40,000 nucleotides of DNA, taken from Hafnia phage vB_HpaM_Meifeng. Below the pieces are notes generated by a model. It was not told the origin of the DNA. It was given only the letters and a program-made list of their open reading frames with translations, and searched no databases. Within the stretch, counting starts at the first letter, position 1. The number at the start of each line of letters is the position of its first letter. Below are positions 17,051 to 25,160 of this stretch, one piece after another. The DNA lies in the sequence record MW749008.1, one strand, 5' to 3'. A program made the translations under genes and the position numbers.

Positions 17051-17560
17051 ATGAAGAAGAAATTAATATCTGACATTATTTCAATTGAAGAGCTTAACGA
17101 ATTACTTTCATACAACCCTGAAAATGGATTATTTACCCACAAGACAAACACCACACGAAAAAGAAAGGGTGAGGTTGCTGGGTTTAATAATAATGGATAC
17201 ATAAGACTAACCATAAAAGGACAGGTAGTTTCCGCACATCGCTTAGCTTGGTTTTTTATAAACAGTGAAGACCCACAAGAGCTAGTTGACCATAAAAATG
17301 GAATAAAAACAGACAATAGGATAACTAACCTTAGGATTGCAACATATTCACAGAACTCCATGAATAGCAAAATAAGCTCCTTAAACTCAACTGGATATAA
17401 AGGGGTTAGATGGAGTGAAAGTAAAAAAAGATGGATAGCGCAAGTAAAACTAAATGGAAAGAAAACTCAACTCGGTAGTTTTAAAAATATAAAAGATGCC
17501 AGTAATGCTTACTGCGAATTCGCTAAAAAGCATCACGGTGAATATTACAGGAGCAAATAA
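17051..17560 (+). CDS. HNH homing endonuclease with C-terminal AP2-like DNA-binding domain
   Basis: SAHRLAWFFINSEDPQELVDHKNGIKTDNRITNLRIATYSQNSMNSK (HNH) and GYKGVRWSESKKRWIAQVKLNGKKTQLGSFKNIKDASNAYCEFAKKHHG (AP2). Confidence 0.9.
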   Translation: MKKKLISDIISIEELNELLSYNPENGLFTHKTNTTRKRKGEVAGFNNNGYIRLTIKGQVVSAHRLAWFFINSEDPQELVDHKNGIKTDNRITNLRIATYSQNSMNSKISSLNSTGYKGVRWSESKKRWIAQVKLNGKKTQLGSFKNIKDASNAYCEFAKKHHGEYYRSK

Positions 17561-17718
17561 TGACACCATGTTTATCAGGGTGCCCGTTCATGGGCGCTTC
17601 TCAGCTATCAGACTCTCAGTTAGACCGAAACGTATCCAAATTACGTGCCGGTTTCAAAAAAGCATTCCGCTGGTTTATCGACACCATCACGCAAAAAGGA
17701 GACCCAAATGATTATTAA
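17560..17718 (+). CDS. Small ORF after HNH (52 aa), absent from the ORF track
   Basis: ACAGGAGCAAATA-ATG; MTPCLSGCPFMGASQLSDSQLDRNVSKLRAGFKKAFRWFIDTITQKGDPNDY*. An alternate frame is also open. Confidence 0.5.
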   Translation: MTPCLSGCPFMGASQLSDSQLDRNVSKLRAGFKKAFRWFIDTITQKGDPNDY

Positions 17719-17908
17719 GCCAAATCAAGATGGAACAGTCACCGTAAGCCAAGCGTGGTGGCGTACAGGAGTAAAGCACTCCCGTCAGTTCACTAGCTCA
17801 CAGGATGGCATCAAGAAGGCTTACGCATGGGCTCACGAAGCATCTATGGGCTGGGCTGATGAGCAGGATGAAGAGTTTAAGCAAGTTATAGGGAGACGCG
17901 CGGCATGA
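17708..17908 (+). CDS. Hypothetical early protein
   Basis: MIIKPNQDGTVTVSQAWWRTGVKHSRQFTSSQDGIKKAYAWAHEASMGWADEQDEEFKQVIGRRAA; AAGGAGACCCAA upstream. Confidence 0.65.
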   Translation: MIIKPNQDGTVTVSQAWWRTGVKHSRQFTSSQDGIKKAYAWAHEASMGWADEQDEEFKQVIGRRAA

Positions 17909-18141
17909 TAGACGAAATCTTAAAGAATTATCGCCAATCTCAGGCACACCTCGACTCATTAAATCAGGTTAGTTTCATGCTGAAAAACGGAACGATTAGC
18001 TCAGAAGAATTGGCTGTAATGGCGCTGGAAAATATGAACGCTAAACCTGAATGGATTAGTGAACTACGCCAGTTGGCAGAAGAAAAGCGCAAGAATTTTT
18101 TGGAGGTGATTTGTGGGTACCGCAACGTTAATTTTAGGTGA
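17905..18141 (+). CDS. Hypothetical early protein
   Basis: 78 aa; 4-bp overlap with the upstream gene. Confidence 0.6.
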   Translation: MIDEILKNYRQSQAHLDSLNQVSFMLKNGTISSEELAVMALENMNAKPEWISELRQLAEEKRKNFLEVICGYRNVNFR

Positions 18142-18799
18142 GTCAGGAACAGGTAAATCAACAAGCCTCCGCAATATTATCCCTGAGAGTTCACTTCTAA
18201 TTCAGACAATCAGAAAGCCTCTCCCCTTCCGGTCTGCCGGTTGGAAAAAATGGAATAAGTCCGAACCAACAACCTCCGTGTTCACTACCGATAACTGGCA
18301 ATCAATCATCGCGGCGATCAAGGCGGCGTCCGGCTACGGTAAGTCCATAGTCATTATCGATGACTTCCAATACCTGATGGCTAATGAGTTCATGCGCCGA
18401 TCTGACGAGAAATCATTCGATAAATTTACTGAAATCGGCTCTCACGCATGGAACATCATAGATAAGGCTATTAACGAAACGCCTGATGATTTGCGTATCT
18501 ACTTTTTGTCACACACCGAGGAAACCCAGATGGGCAGAGTGAAGATGAAAACTATCGGGAAAATGTTAGATGAAAAAATCACGGTAGAAGGCATGTTCAC
18601 CATCGTTCTGAAAACTTCAGTGAAGGATGGGCAGTACCTATTTACCACCCAGAACAGCGGTTCAGACCCAGTTAAATCCCCGATGGGCATGTTTGATAGC
18701 CCAGAGATAGAAAACGACCTACAAGCCGTTGACGCTGCAATTTGCGAATACTACGGGATCACAAATAACGTTCACTCAATCAAAGGAAATGCAGCATGA
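18113..18799 (+). CDS. RecA-fold ATPase, Sak4-like recombination protein
   Basis: Walker A LGESGTGKST; IVIIDDFQY Walker B; immediately followed by a DUF669/SSB-like gene. Confidence 0.8.
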   Translation: MGTATLILGESGTGKSTSLRNIIPESSLLIQTIRKPLPFRSAGWKKWNKSEPTTSVFTTDNWQSIIAAIKAASGYGKSIVIIDDFQYLMANEFMRRSDEKSFDKFTEIGSHAWNIIDKAINETPDDLRIYFLSHTEETQMGRVKMKTIGKMLDEKITVEGMFTIVLKTSVKDGQYLFTTQNSGSDPVKSPMGMFDSPEIENDLQAVDAAICEYYGITNNVHSIKGNAA

Positions 18800-19392
18800 C
18801 ACAGCCATTATTTGTTTATAACCAAGAGCAAGCGGTATCAGCAGGACAGAGCGGCTATATCACAGAAAGTGGGGATTACATTCTCACGATAGATGAGGCA
18901 AAGCTATATACGACCGAAAGCAACGCTAAGTTTATAGAGTTTTCCGGTGAAACTGATGATGGGCGAAAGGTTAACTACCTGAGCGTATGTGTATTTAAAA
19001 AAGATGGTTCGCCAAATACGTTCGGTCAGAACATGGTTCAGGCAATTATGGGGTGCGCAGGAGTCCAGCAAATTACCGAAAAGATGCTGGCAGTAAATCA
19101 CGTTATTGCCCCTGAATTCACAGGTAAGCGCGTTGGTTTGGTACTGCAAAAGATATTAAAAACCAAGAAATCAACTGGCGCTGATACCTTCAGCTTTGAT
19201 ATTCGCATTCCTTTCATTCCAAACACTCGACAGACCATTGCAGAAAAAATTGATGGCGTAGCGCCTGCCGCAATCGACAAGATTGTTTCCCAACTAAGCG
19301 ATAAAGACGAACGCTCAAAAGGTTCGCCTTCCTCTAGCCAGTGGCAAGGAAACAACTCCAATGAATATCCAGGCGATGAAAACTTCTTCTAA
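18796..19392 (+). CDS. DUF669-like, putative single-stranded DNA-binding protein
   Basis: YILTIDEAKLYTTESNAKFIEFSGETDDGRKVNYLSVCVFKKDG...; acidic C-terminal tip GDENFF resembling SSB tails; adjacent to the Sak4-like ATPase. Confidence 0.75.
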   Translation: MTQPLFVYNQEQAVSAGQSGYITESGDYILTIDEAKLYTTESNAKFIEFSGETDDGRKVNYLSVCVFKKDGSPNTFGQNMVQAIMGCAGVQQITEKMLAVNHVIAPEFTGKRVGLVLQKILKTKKSTGADTFSFDIRIPFIPNTRQTIAEKIDGVAPAAIDKIVSQLSDKDERSKGSPSSSQWQGNNSNEYPGDENFF

Positions 19393-19404
19393 CAGGTAAC
19401 CACA

Positions 19405-19917
19405 ATGACGCCGCAGCATATCCTGCGCGTCCTCAGCCAGCACCCCGACAATAACATCACCGAATTCCACAGAGCGCTTAACTCAGTGGGCGGCGTTTTT
19501 ACTGGCGGCGGTGCCACTGGCGGGGTGACGCTGAACTCTAAAGAGCCATATTACACATGGCGCAATCCTGAAAAGAACGAGTACATAAGCTTCAACCATC
19601 TTCTAACAATCAGGGAATATCTAACAGCGGTTCCATGGGGAGATATGAAGATAGGCGGTACGGTTTACCGGCTAAGAGATGATATCGATGTAGATGCTGT
19701 TATCGAGAAAATCACGCCAAAGCGCCCACCGCCTAAGCCCATCGTTATTCACAAGCCAAAAGCTGGCCAGCGCTACATCGGCAAGCGCGGCATTGAGTAC
19801 ACCATCATTTCAGCCTCAGACCGCAGCATCGTTTATAGCTTCAACGGGAAAACTCATCAGTCACTCGAACCTACCAAATTCATGTACGGCATGGAGCTTA
19901 TAGCCGATGCCGCATAG
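19405..19917 (+). CDS. Hypothetical phage protein
   Basis: 170 aa operonic ORF. Confidence 0.6.
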   Translation: MTPQHILRVLSQHPDNNITEFHRALNSVGGVFTGGGATGGVTLNSKEPYYTWRNPEKNEYISFNHLLTIREYLTAVPWGDMKIGGTVYRLRDDIDVDAVIEKITPKRPPPKPIVIHKPKAGQRYIGKRGIEYTIISASDRSIVYSFNGKTHQSLEPTKFMYGMELIADAA

Positions 19918-19926
19918 GAGATATTC

Positions 19927-20301
19927 ATGAACAAATTACCGATACAAACCTACGAATCAGTAGTTCAGCAGCGTGATGCGCTTGAGAAGAAGCTGGCTGA
20001 GATGGCGGCTGAGAATGCGGCGCTAAATAAATTTATAAAGGATGATTGCTGGGTATGGGATGACAAAAACGAAACATATTTCGATGCATGTGACGGCATT
20101 CCTGAAACCACAGCCACCGACGCATTCACCCATGAGTTGATGGCAAAAGGTGTTGAGTCTGGAGCTGAGAATTTCAGAAGCCGAGCAAAATGCGCTCGCG
20201 GATTAGGCCATCACGACAGAGCGTGTTTCTTAGATACGACAGCGGAAATGTTTGATGATTTTGCCGCCCAGCTTCGCAAGGGGATTAATGATGCACAGTA
20301 A
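19927..20301 (+). CDS. Ea22-like accessory protein
   Basis: YESVVQQRDALEKKLAEMAAENAALNKF...TTATDAFTHELMAKGVE: typical Ead/Ea22 composition. Confidence 0.6.
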   Translation: MNKLPIQTYESVVQQRDALEKKLAEMAAENAALNKFIKDDCWVWDDKNETYFDACDGIPETTATDAFTHELMAKGVESGAENFRSRAKCARGLGHHDRACFLDTTAEMFDDFAAQLRKGINDAQ

Positions 20302-20680
20302 CAGCAAAGAGTGTGAGTACTTCATTTTGAGCGTTCATCACTGCTCTCGCGATGATGAATTCATTTTGATGTTTAGACGTAATAACTCTGGATACGCATT
20401 CCGACTTCAGGCGGCAGGGCGTTATACCGAGCAACAAGTGATCGAGCATCTTGGGTATTACAACGATGGTGACTGCAATATAGCCGTGCCATGCGATGTG
20501 ATTGAGTCTTTATCCTCCCCTGCTCCAGATGGTTACTTTGACGATAACGGCGGTATTGTTGTTCTGAATAATGCAAAGAACTGGCGAAAAGCCATAAAGA
20601 ACGCCGTAGCCAAGCCAAAGCATGAACCAAAGCCAGAATATCCACGCGCACGTAGAAGCAAGGAGCAGAGCAATGACTGA
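20291..20680 (+). CDS. Hypothetical early protein
   Basis: MHSNSKECEYFILSVHHCSRDDEF...; ends EQSND. Confidence 0.55.
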   Translation: MHSNSKECEYFILSVHHCSRDDEFILMFRRNNSGYAFRLQAAGRYTEQQVIEHLGYYNDGDCNIAVPCDVIESLSSPAPDGYFDDNGGIVVLNNAKNWRKAIKNAVAKPKHEPKPEYPRARRSKEQSND

Positions 20681-20891
20681 TAACAGCAAAGAGAAAAAGC
20701 TAATCATAGATTGGCTTGAATGCAACTTATGCGACTCAAGCAATATTGAAGTAACAACCACCAACGGCAACCAAGAATGGCTATATGCAGAAGACAAATG
20801 CCAATGCTTGGATTGCGGCGCGTCCGGTGTAATTGAATGTGATGATGGTATTGCGTGGGCAAACTGGCATGAGGAGCAGAGCAATGACTAA
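20673..20891 (+). CDS. Small zinc-ribbon-like protein
   Basis: LECNLCDSSNIEV...KCQCLDCGASGVIECDD: two CxxC pairs. Confidence 0.65.
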   Translation: MTDNSKEKKLIIDWLECNLCDSSNIEVTTTNGNQEWLYAEDKCQCLDCGASGVIECDDGIAWANWHEEQSND

Positions 20892-21495
20892 GTTAACAAC
20901 TGAGCGTTTAGAAAAATTCGTCAACGATATTAAAACTGATGGGATGTGCGACATAACTGATTATCAAGTTGCGTTGGCGTTGCGTCAGCTTTTGGCATAC
21001 GAGCAAGCAGCAGATCGCCCTGTAGGTGAAATATTTAGATGTAGCGGAAATAAAACCCTGCGTTGGTGGAATGACGTTCCAGAGGGAACGGTTCTTTATG
21101 CAGCACCGGTATTACCTAAACAGTCTGAATTGATGAGCATTGGTGAGCTTTTGCATCGTCTGGAAGAACAGACTGGTGAAAAGTGGGTTGAAGAATCCGA
21201 GCAGTCTGTAATTCCGGATGAGATAAATAGCACCCCTGATTATGTGAAAGCCCTAACGAAAGAGGGAGCTTACATTTATGGGTGGAACGCCTGCCGCGCT
21301 GAGATGCTTAAAGCACAACCTGTAAGCGAGCCTTACAAGTTACCTCAGGGCTGGATTAAAGGCCAATTTTCTTATCAAGACCTCTTTAATGCCATTGGTG
21401 CCGCAGTTGTTTCTAAACATCAGAGTATTGAGATAAGCGTAAAGGCTTTTGAAGACTCAATGCTTGCAGCAGCCCCAGCACAGGAGAGCGAATAA
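20884..21495 (+). CDS. Ea22-like accessory protein
   Basis: MTKLTTERLEKFVNDIKTDGMCDITDYQVALALRQLLAYEQAADRPVG...GWNACRAEMLKAQPVSEPYKLPQGW. Confidence 0.65.
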   Translation: MTKLTTERLEKFVNDIKTDGMCDITDYQVALALRQLLAYEQAADRPVGEIFRCSGNKTLRWWNDVPEGTVLYAAPVLPKQSELMSIGELLHRLEEQTGEKWVEESEQSVIPDEINSTPDYVKALTKEGAYIYGWNACRAEMLKAQPVSEPYKLPQGWIKGQFSYQDLFNAIGAAVVSKHQSIEISVKAFEDSMLAAAPAQESE

Positions 21496-21704
21496 TGCGG
21501 AAAGTAACGATTAGATATAAAAATCGCTCAATGTCGCAGTTCTCTCGAGTGAAGTTGGTTTTCGATGACGGATGGAACACGTTTTTTTATGACGAAGAAG
21601 GCGCTCCGTTTGTTATTTCAAATCAAGCATATGAAAGGCTGTGCGATGGTTGGCCGGATACACAAAATGAAGTCAAGTTCATCACAGCACAGGAGCAGAA
21701 ATAG
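21495..21704 (+). CDS. Hypothetical early protein
   Basis: 69 aa operonic ORF. Confidence 0.55.
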   Translation: MRKVTIRYKNRSMSQFSRVKLVFDDGWNTFFYDEEGAPFVISNQAYERLCDGWPDTQNEVKFITAQEQK

Positions 21705-22007
21705 ATGACCGTTACATATAACGGATTTTTGGCATTCGAAAATTATGAGCCGAAGCCAGAAGATGTATGCAATTTCTGCAAAGGAATTTGTGGCAAAGAA
21801 AATATGGTAGGTGGCCCAGATGAATTATCAATATGCCTACCATGCATTGAGCTTTGCAATGAAATTGCTCAGGAACGTAAGGCTGCACAGCGCAAAGGAG
21901 CCATTACAGAGATTACCCGACTGCTATTGAGTGAATCATGGCAAGGTTCTGAAGCGGCAGCGGCGCTCTATGATGCTGGTTGGCGTAAGGTTGATAAGCC
22001 ATGCTGA
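21705..22007 (+). CDS. Protein with ClpX-type C4 zinc-binding domain
   Basis: VCNFCKGICGKENMVGGPDELSICLPCIELCNEIAQE parallels the ClpX N-terminal zinc domain (CSFC..AGP..ICDECVDLCNDI). Confidence 0.75.
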   Translation: MTVTYNGFLAFENYEPKPEDVCNFCKGICGKENMVGGPDELSICLPCIELCNEIAQERKAAQRKGAITEITRLLLSESWQGSEAAAALYDAGWRKVDKPC

Positions 22008-22174
22008 TAGCCGGTTATATTCTTCTAGTCAGCGCCTGCGGATTAGATGCTTGCGACGCCCTCCCCGTTACACCTGAAGTCATGCCAAAAGAAACCTGTG
22101 AACAATGGATAAAGCTGATTCATGAGAAGCGGCCTAATCATGTTCTGATGTGCTTACCAGTTAACCAAGATTAA
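22001..22174 (+). CDS. Small secreted/membrane protein (57 aa), absent from the ORF track
   Basis: MLIAGYILLVSACGLDACDALPVTPEVMPKETCEQWIKLIHEKRPNHVLMCLPVNQD*; overlaps the upstream stop. Confidence 0.6.
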   Translation: MLIAGYILLVSACGLDACDALPVTPEVMPKETCEQWIKLIHEKRPNHVLMCLPVNQD

Positions 22175-22175
22175 T

Positions 22176-22199
22176 AGCCGCTTAACCAGCGGCTTTTTT
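22176..22199 (+). terminator. Intrinsic terminator
   Basis: AGCCGC-TTAACCA-GCGGCT-TTTTT. Confidence 0.85.
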
Positions 22200-22221
22200 A
22201 TTGCCTAAATTTGGAGAAAAC

Positions 22222-22506
22222 ATGCAAATCGAAATCGGCGAATACGTCATTACGAGTGACACATACAACCTGATACTTAACGAGAAAAAGGTAGCAAAGG
22301 AAGGTAAATCAGCAGGTGAAGAGAGGCTTCAGTCCATTGGGTTCTATTCAAAAATATCCACGCTCATCTCTGCATTAATTCAGCGCGAGGTTCTTCTGTC
22401 TGACGTCCAGTCATTGCAGGCAATGCAGCAATTAATAGAGCGAGTTTCATTGCAATGTGAGAAGGCTTTTAAGGACTTTAACAATGCGACACATCATCAA
22501 GGGTAA
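22222..22506 (+). CDS. Hypothetical early protein
   Basis: TTTGGAGAAAAC-ATG; MQIEIGEYVITSDTYNLILNEKKVAKEGKSAGEERLQSIGFYS... Confidence 0.6.
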   Translation: MQIEIGEYVITSDTYNLILNEKKVAKEGKSAGEERLQSIGFYSKISTLISALIQREVLLSDVQSLQAMQQLIERVSLQCEKAFKDFNNATHHQG

Positions 22507-22723
22507 TCCAACACAGATAGAGCTCTCAGCAATGAAAGCGGCGCTTAACCAGCATCAAGACAAGTACGGTGATTACGCCCCATCTAAAGAGTCAGAAAAC
22601 TACACCGTTTTAGTTGATGGAATGAAAATCGTAGTTGAAATCATGAACCGTAAAAAATCATATGTGGCTACATCGATGATGCGGCCGCGTGAGTTATCGA
22701 AAGTCTGGGGGAATGCAGCATGA
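22484..22723 (+). CDS. Hypothetical early protein
   Basis: MRHIIKGNPTQIELSAMKAALNQHQDKYGDYAPSKESENYTVLVDGMKIVVEI; 4-bp overlap with dam. Confidence 0.5.
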   Translation: MRHIIKGNPTQIELSAMKAALNQHQDKYGDYAPSKESENYTVLVDGMKIVVEIMNRKKSYVATSMMRPRELSKVWGNAA

Positions 22724-23544
22724 GTGAAATTAAACATCCAGCGATCAGATATCACGGCGGTAAGTTCCGCATGGCTCCATACATCATCAGTCACTTTCCT
22801 GAGCACCGATGCTACGTTGAACCATTCGGCGGCGCTGCCTCTGTGCTACTTCGCAAGCCTCGCAGCTATGCAGAGGTATATAACGACTTAGACAGTGATG
22901 TTGTTAACCTGTTTGCAATTCTCCGCAACGCTGCTCAGCGTGAAAGACTGATTGAAGCTCTTATCTTAACCCCCTACTCCAGATGCGAATTTCTTGGGGC
23001 TTATGAAGAAACTGACGATGTGGTTGAGAAAGCTAGACGACTAGTGATCAGAGCAACAATGGGATTTGGTTCGGCTGGCGCAACGAAAGGGACAACCGGA
23101 TTCCGTTTGGATACTAAAAGAGATTCGGCAACTGCTCAGCACTTGTGGGCAAGAATGCCAAAGAACTTAGCAGCTGTCGGTCAGCGCTTTGAGGGAGTTC
23201 TTGTTGAGAACCGTGACGCAATTCAAGTCATGAAAGACCACGATGCGCCTGACACGCTTCACTTTGTAGACCCTCCATACGTTCATGAGACACGCGTCAT
23301 TAGCAGCAAATACTACCGCCATGAAATGGATAATGAGCAGCACTTAGCGCTATTGGAAAGCGTGCTGAAGCTAGATGGAAAGGTTGTTATCTGTGGATAT
23401 GAAACAGAAATGTATAACGACATTTTAACCGGTTGGCAGAAAGAAACGCGTCAGAGTTCTGCTGCTGGCCGGCGCGGCTCCGTTAAACGAACTGAGTGCT
23501 TATGGTTGAGCCCAAACTGCCAGCAAGGAGTGAAAGCGGCATGA
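22720..23544 (+). CDS. dam: DNA adenine methylase (Dam/D12 class)
   Basis: IRYHGGKFRMAPYIISHFPEH..YVEPFGGAASVLLRKPRS..EVYNDLDSDVVNLF..; catalytic DPPY. Confidence 0.92.
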   Translation: MSEIKHPAIRYHGGKFRMAPYIISHFPEHRCYVEPFGGAASVLLRKPRSYAEVYNDLDSDVVNLFAILRNAAQRERLIEALILTPYSRCEFLGAYEETDDVVEKARRLVIRATMGFGSAGATKGTTGFRLDTKRDSATAQHLWARMPKNLAAVGQRFEGVLVENRDAIQVMKDHDAPDTLHFVDPPYVHETRVISSKYYRHEMDNEQHLALLESVLKLDGKVVICGYETEMYNDILTGWQKETRQSSAAGRRGSVKRTECLWLSPNCQQGVKAA

Positions 23545-23738
23545 CATGACGGCAGAACAAGATAACGCGATCCGCAATGTGGCAAGAGCCCTTCTCACCG
23601 AACTCCGCAGCAAAAAAACAACCTCACATACCGCCAGTTACTCGATAAGCATTCAGCAAAGATAGCGCCACTCTGCGGCAGATTTAAGCCGTGGATGGTG
23701 CTGTCTTGCTACTGCATGAAAGTGACGGATAAGGATAA

Positions 23739-24065
23739 ATGATGGATGAACAACTTCTCAAGTTATCAGCCGTCGCCAAGCGGCTAAACGTCTCAACTCA
23801 CACAATCTACAGGAACCCAGCCAAGTTCAACATGTTCAAGGTTGGTGGTTCATGGCGTGCAAGAGAAGAAAGTCTGGCAAGTTTTTCAAGCAAAGTTAAC
23901 AATGCCATCCGGCTGGGTGTGGTCGGTAAGGAGTCAATGAAATGCCGATCATCAAGAGAGGAAAAATATACTGGGTCGATATCTCCGCTCCAGACGGAAC
24001 GCGAATTAGACGCTCTACTCGCACCGAGGAAAAAACGAAAGCTCAGGAGTACCACGACAAACTAA
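23739..24065 (+). CDS. xis: Excisionase / HTH_17-type DNA-binding protein
   Basis: LLKLSAVAKRLNVSTHTIYRNPAKFNMFKVGGSWRAREESL directly upstream of int and overlapping it. Confidence 0.7.
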   Translation: MMDEQLLKLSAVAKRLNVSTHTIYRNPAKFNMFKVGGSWRAREESLASFSSKVNNAIRLGVVGKESMKCRSSREEKYTGSISPLQTERELDALLAPRKKRKLRSTTTN

Positions 24066-24988
24066 AGCACGAACTATGGCAGGTCGCGAAGCTGGATAAG
24101 ATACCTGACCGTATCTTTGATGACATAGTGATCCTTGCATTGCGTGATGCAGAGAACCAGTCTTGCTTTGAAAATAAGCAGATTTACGCCAGATACTGGT
24201 TATCTGTTTTCCGTGGACGGATCATCTCTAAAATCACAGGGGAGGATATTGCAAACAACCTACCCACTCACTCTACCGCGAAGAAGTGCAAGCTATCCAA
24301 TGCCACCCGTAACCGGTACAGGGCATTTATTATGCGAGCATTCTCTCTAGCTGTTGCGTCTGGCTGGCTTAATGGCATGCCTCACCTATCAACACAGAGA
24401 GAGCCAAAGGTTCGTGTGCGGTGGATTGAGAAGGAACAGGCAAGGATGCTTATCAGTGCCTTGCGTCTGGATTGGATGAAGGATGTGGTTTCATTTGCGC
24501 TGCTTACTGGTGCGAGGAAAGGAGAGATATTTTCTCTGAAATGGGAAAACGTTAACCTTTCACGCCGTATTGCTGTGGTTACGGCAGAAAATGCGAAGTC
24601 AGGTAAAGCACGACCGATCCCCCTCAATGATGAGGCCGTGAAAATTATCGCTGGCCGTAGCCGTGATTCTGAATATGTTTTCTCAGTAGACGGCGGTGTC
24701 ATTAAGGAGATCAGCCGCGCTGATTTCGCAAACGCTTTGAAGGTTTCAGGTATCTTCGATTTCCGTTTCCATGACTTAAGGCACACTTGGGCAAGTTGGC
24801 ACGTCCAGAACGGAACACCGCTGATGACACTGAAAGAACTAGGTGGATGGGAGAAGCTAGAAATGGTCAATAAATACGCTCACCTGAGCACTGAGCATTT
24901 GAGTCGTTTTAGTGGAATTGTCACGTTTTTGGCACAAGATGAAAGCGGTAAAGAAAATCGGCCTGCTTTATCACTTGTAAATTACTGA
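23942..24988 (+). CDS. int: Tyrosine recombinase integrase
   Basis: LLTGARKGEIFSLKWENV; FRFHDLRHTWASWHVQNG; LKELGGWEKLEMVNKYAHLS catalytic motifs. Confidence 0.95.
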   Translation: MPIIKRGKIYWVDISAPDGTRIRRSTRTEEKTKAQEYHDKLKHELWQVAKLDKIPDRIFDDIVILALRDAENQSCFENKQIYARYWLSVFRGRIISKITGEDIANNLPTHSTAKKCKLSNATRNRYRAFIMRAFSLAVASGWLNGMPHLSTQREPKVRVRWIEKEQARMLISALRLDWMKDVVSFALLTGARKGEIFSLKWENVNLSRRIAVVTAENAKSGKARPIPLNDEAVKIIAGRSRDSEYVFSVDGGVIKEISRADFANALKVSGIFDFRFHDLRHTWASWHVQNGTPLMTLKELGGWEKLEMVNKYAHLSTEHLSRFSGIVTFLAQDESGKENRPALSLVNY

Positions 24989-25143
24989 TTTAAAATGAGA
25001 ATAAAGGCGTTATTCAGAATTTAAATCTGGACAGCATCAGAAAAACAGTCTGATGCACTACAAAAAGTTACGCATTCTAACAGCCATGAAACCCGCACCA
25101 CAACCAGCCTCTTTATTTCAGCGCGGATTTCCTTTGTATATTT

Positions 25144-25160
25144 TTGGCAAATTTTGCCAA
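25144..25160. repeat. Palindrome TTGGCAAA-T-TTTGCCAA downstream of int
   Basis: 8-bp perfect arms, with a partial copy AAATTTGGCA nearby (about 25172). Confidence 0.7.

Noticed and set aside
24135-24870. ORFs antisense or out of frame within int (71 aa plus, 162 aa minus)
   Set aside because: int has complete catalytic motifs; the others are shadow frames.
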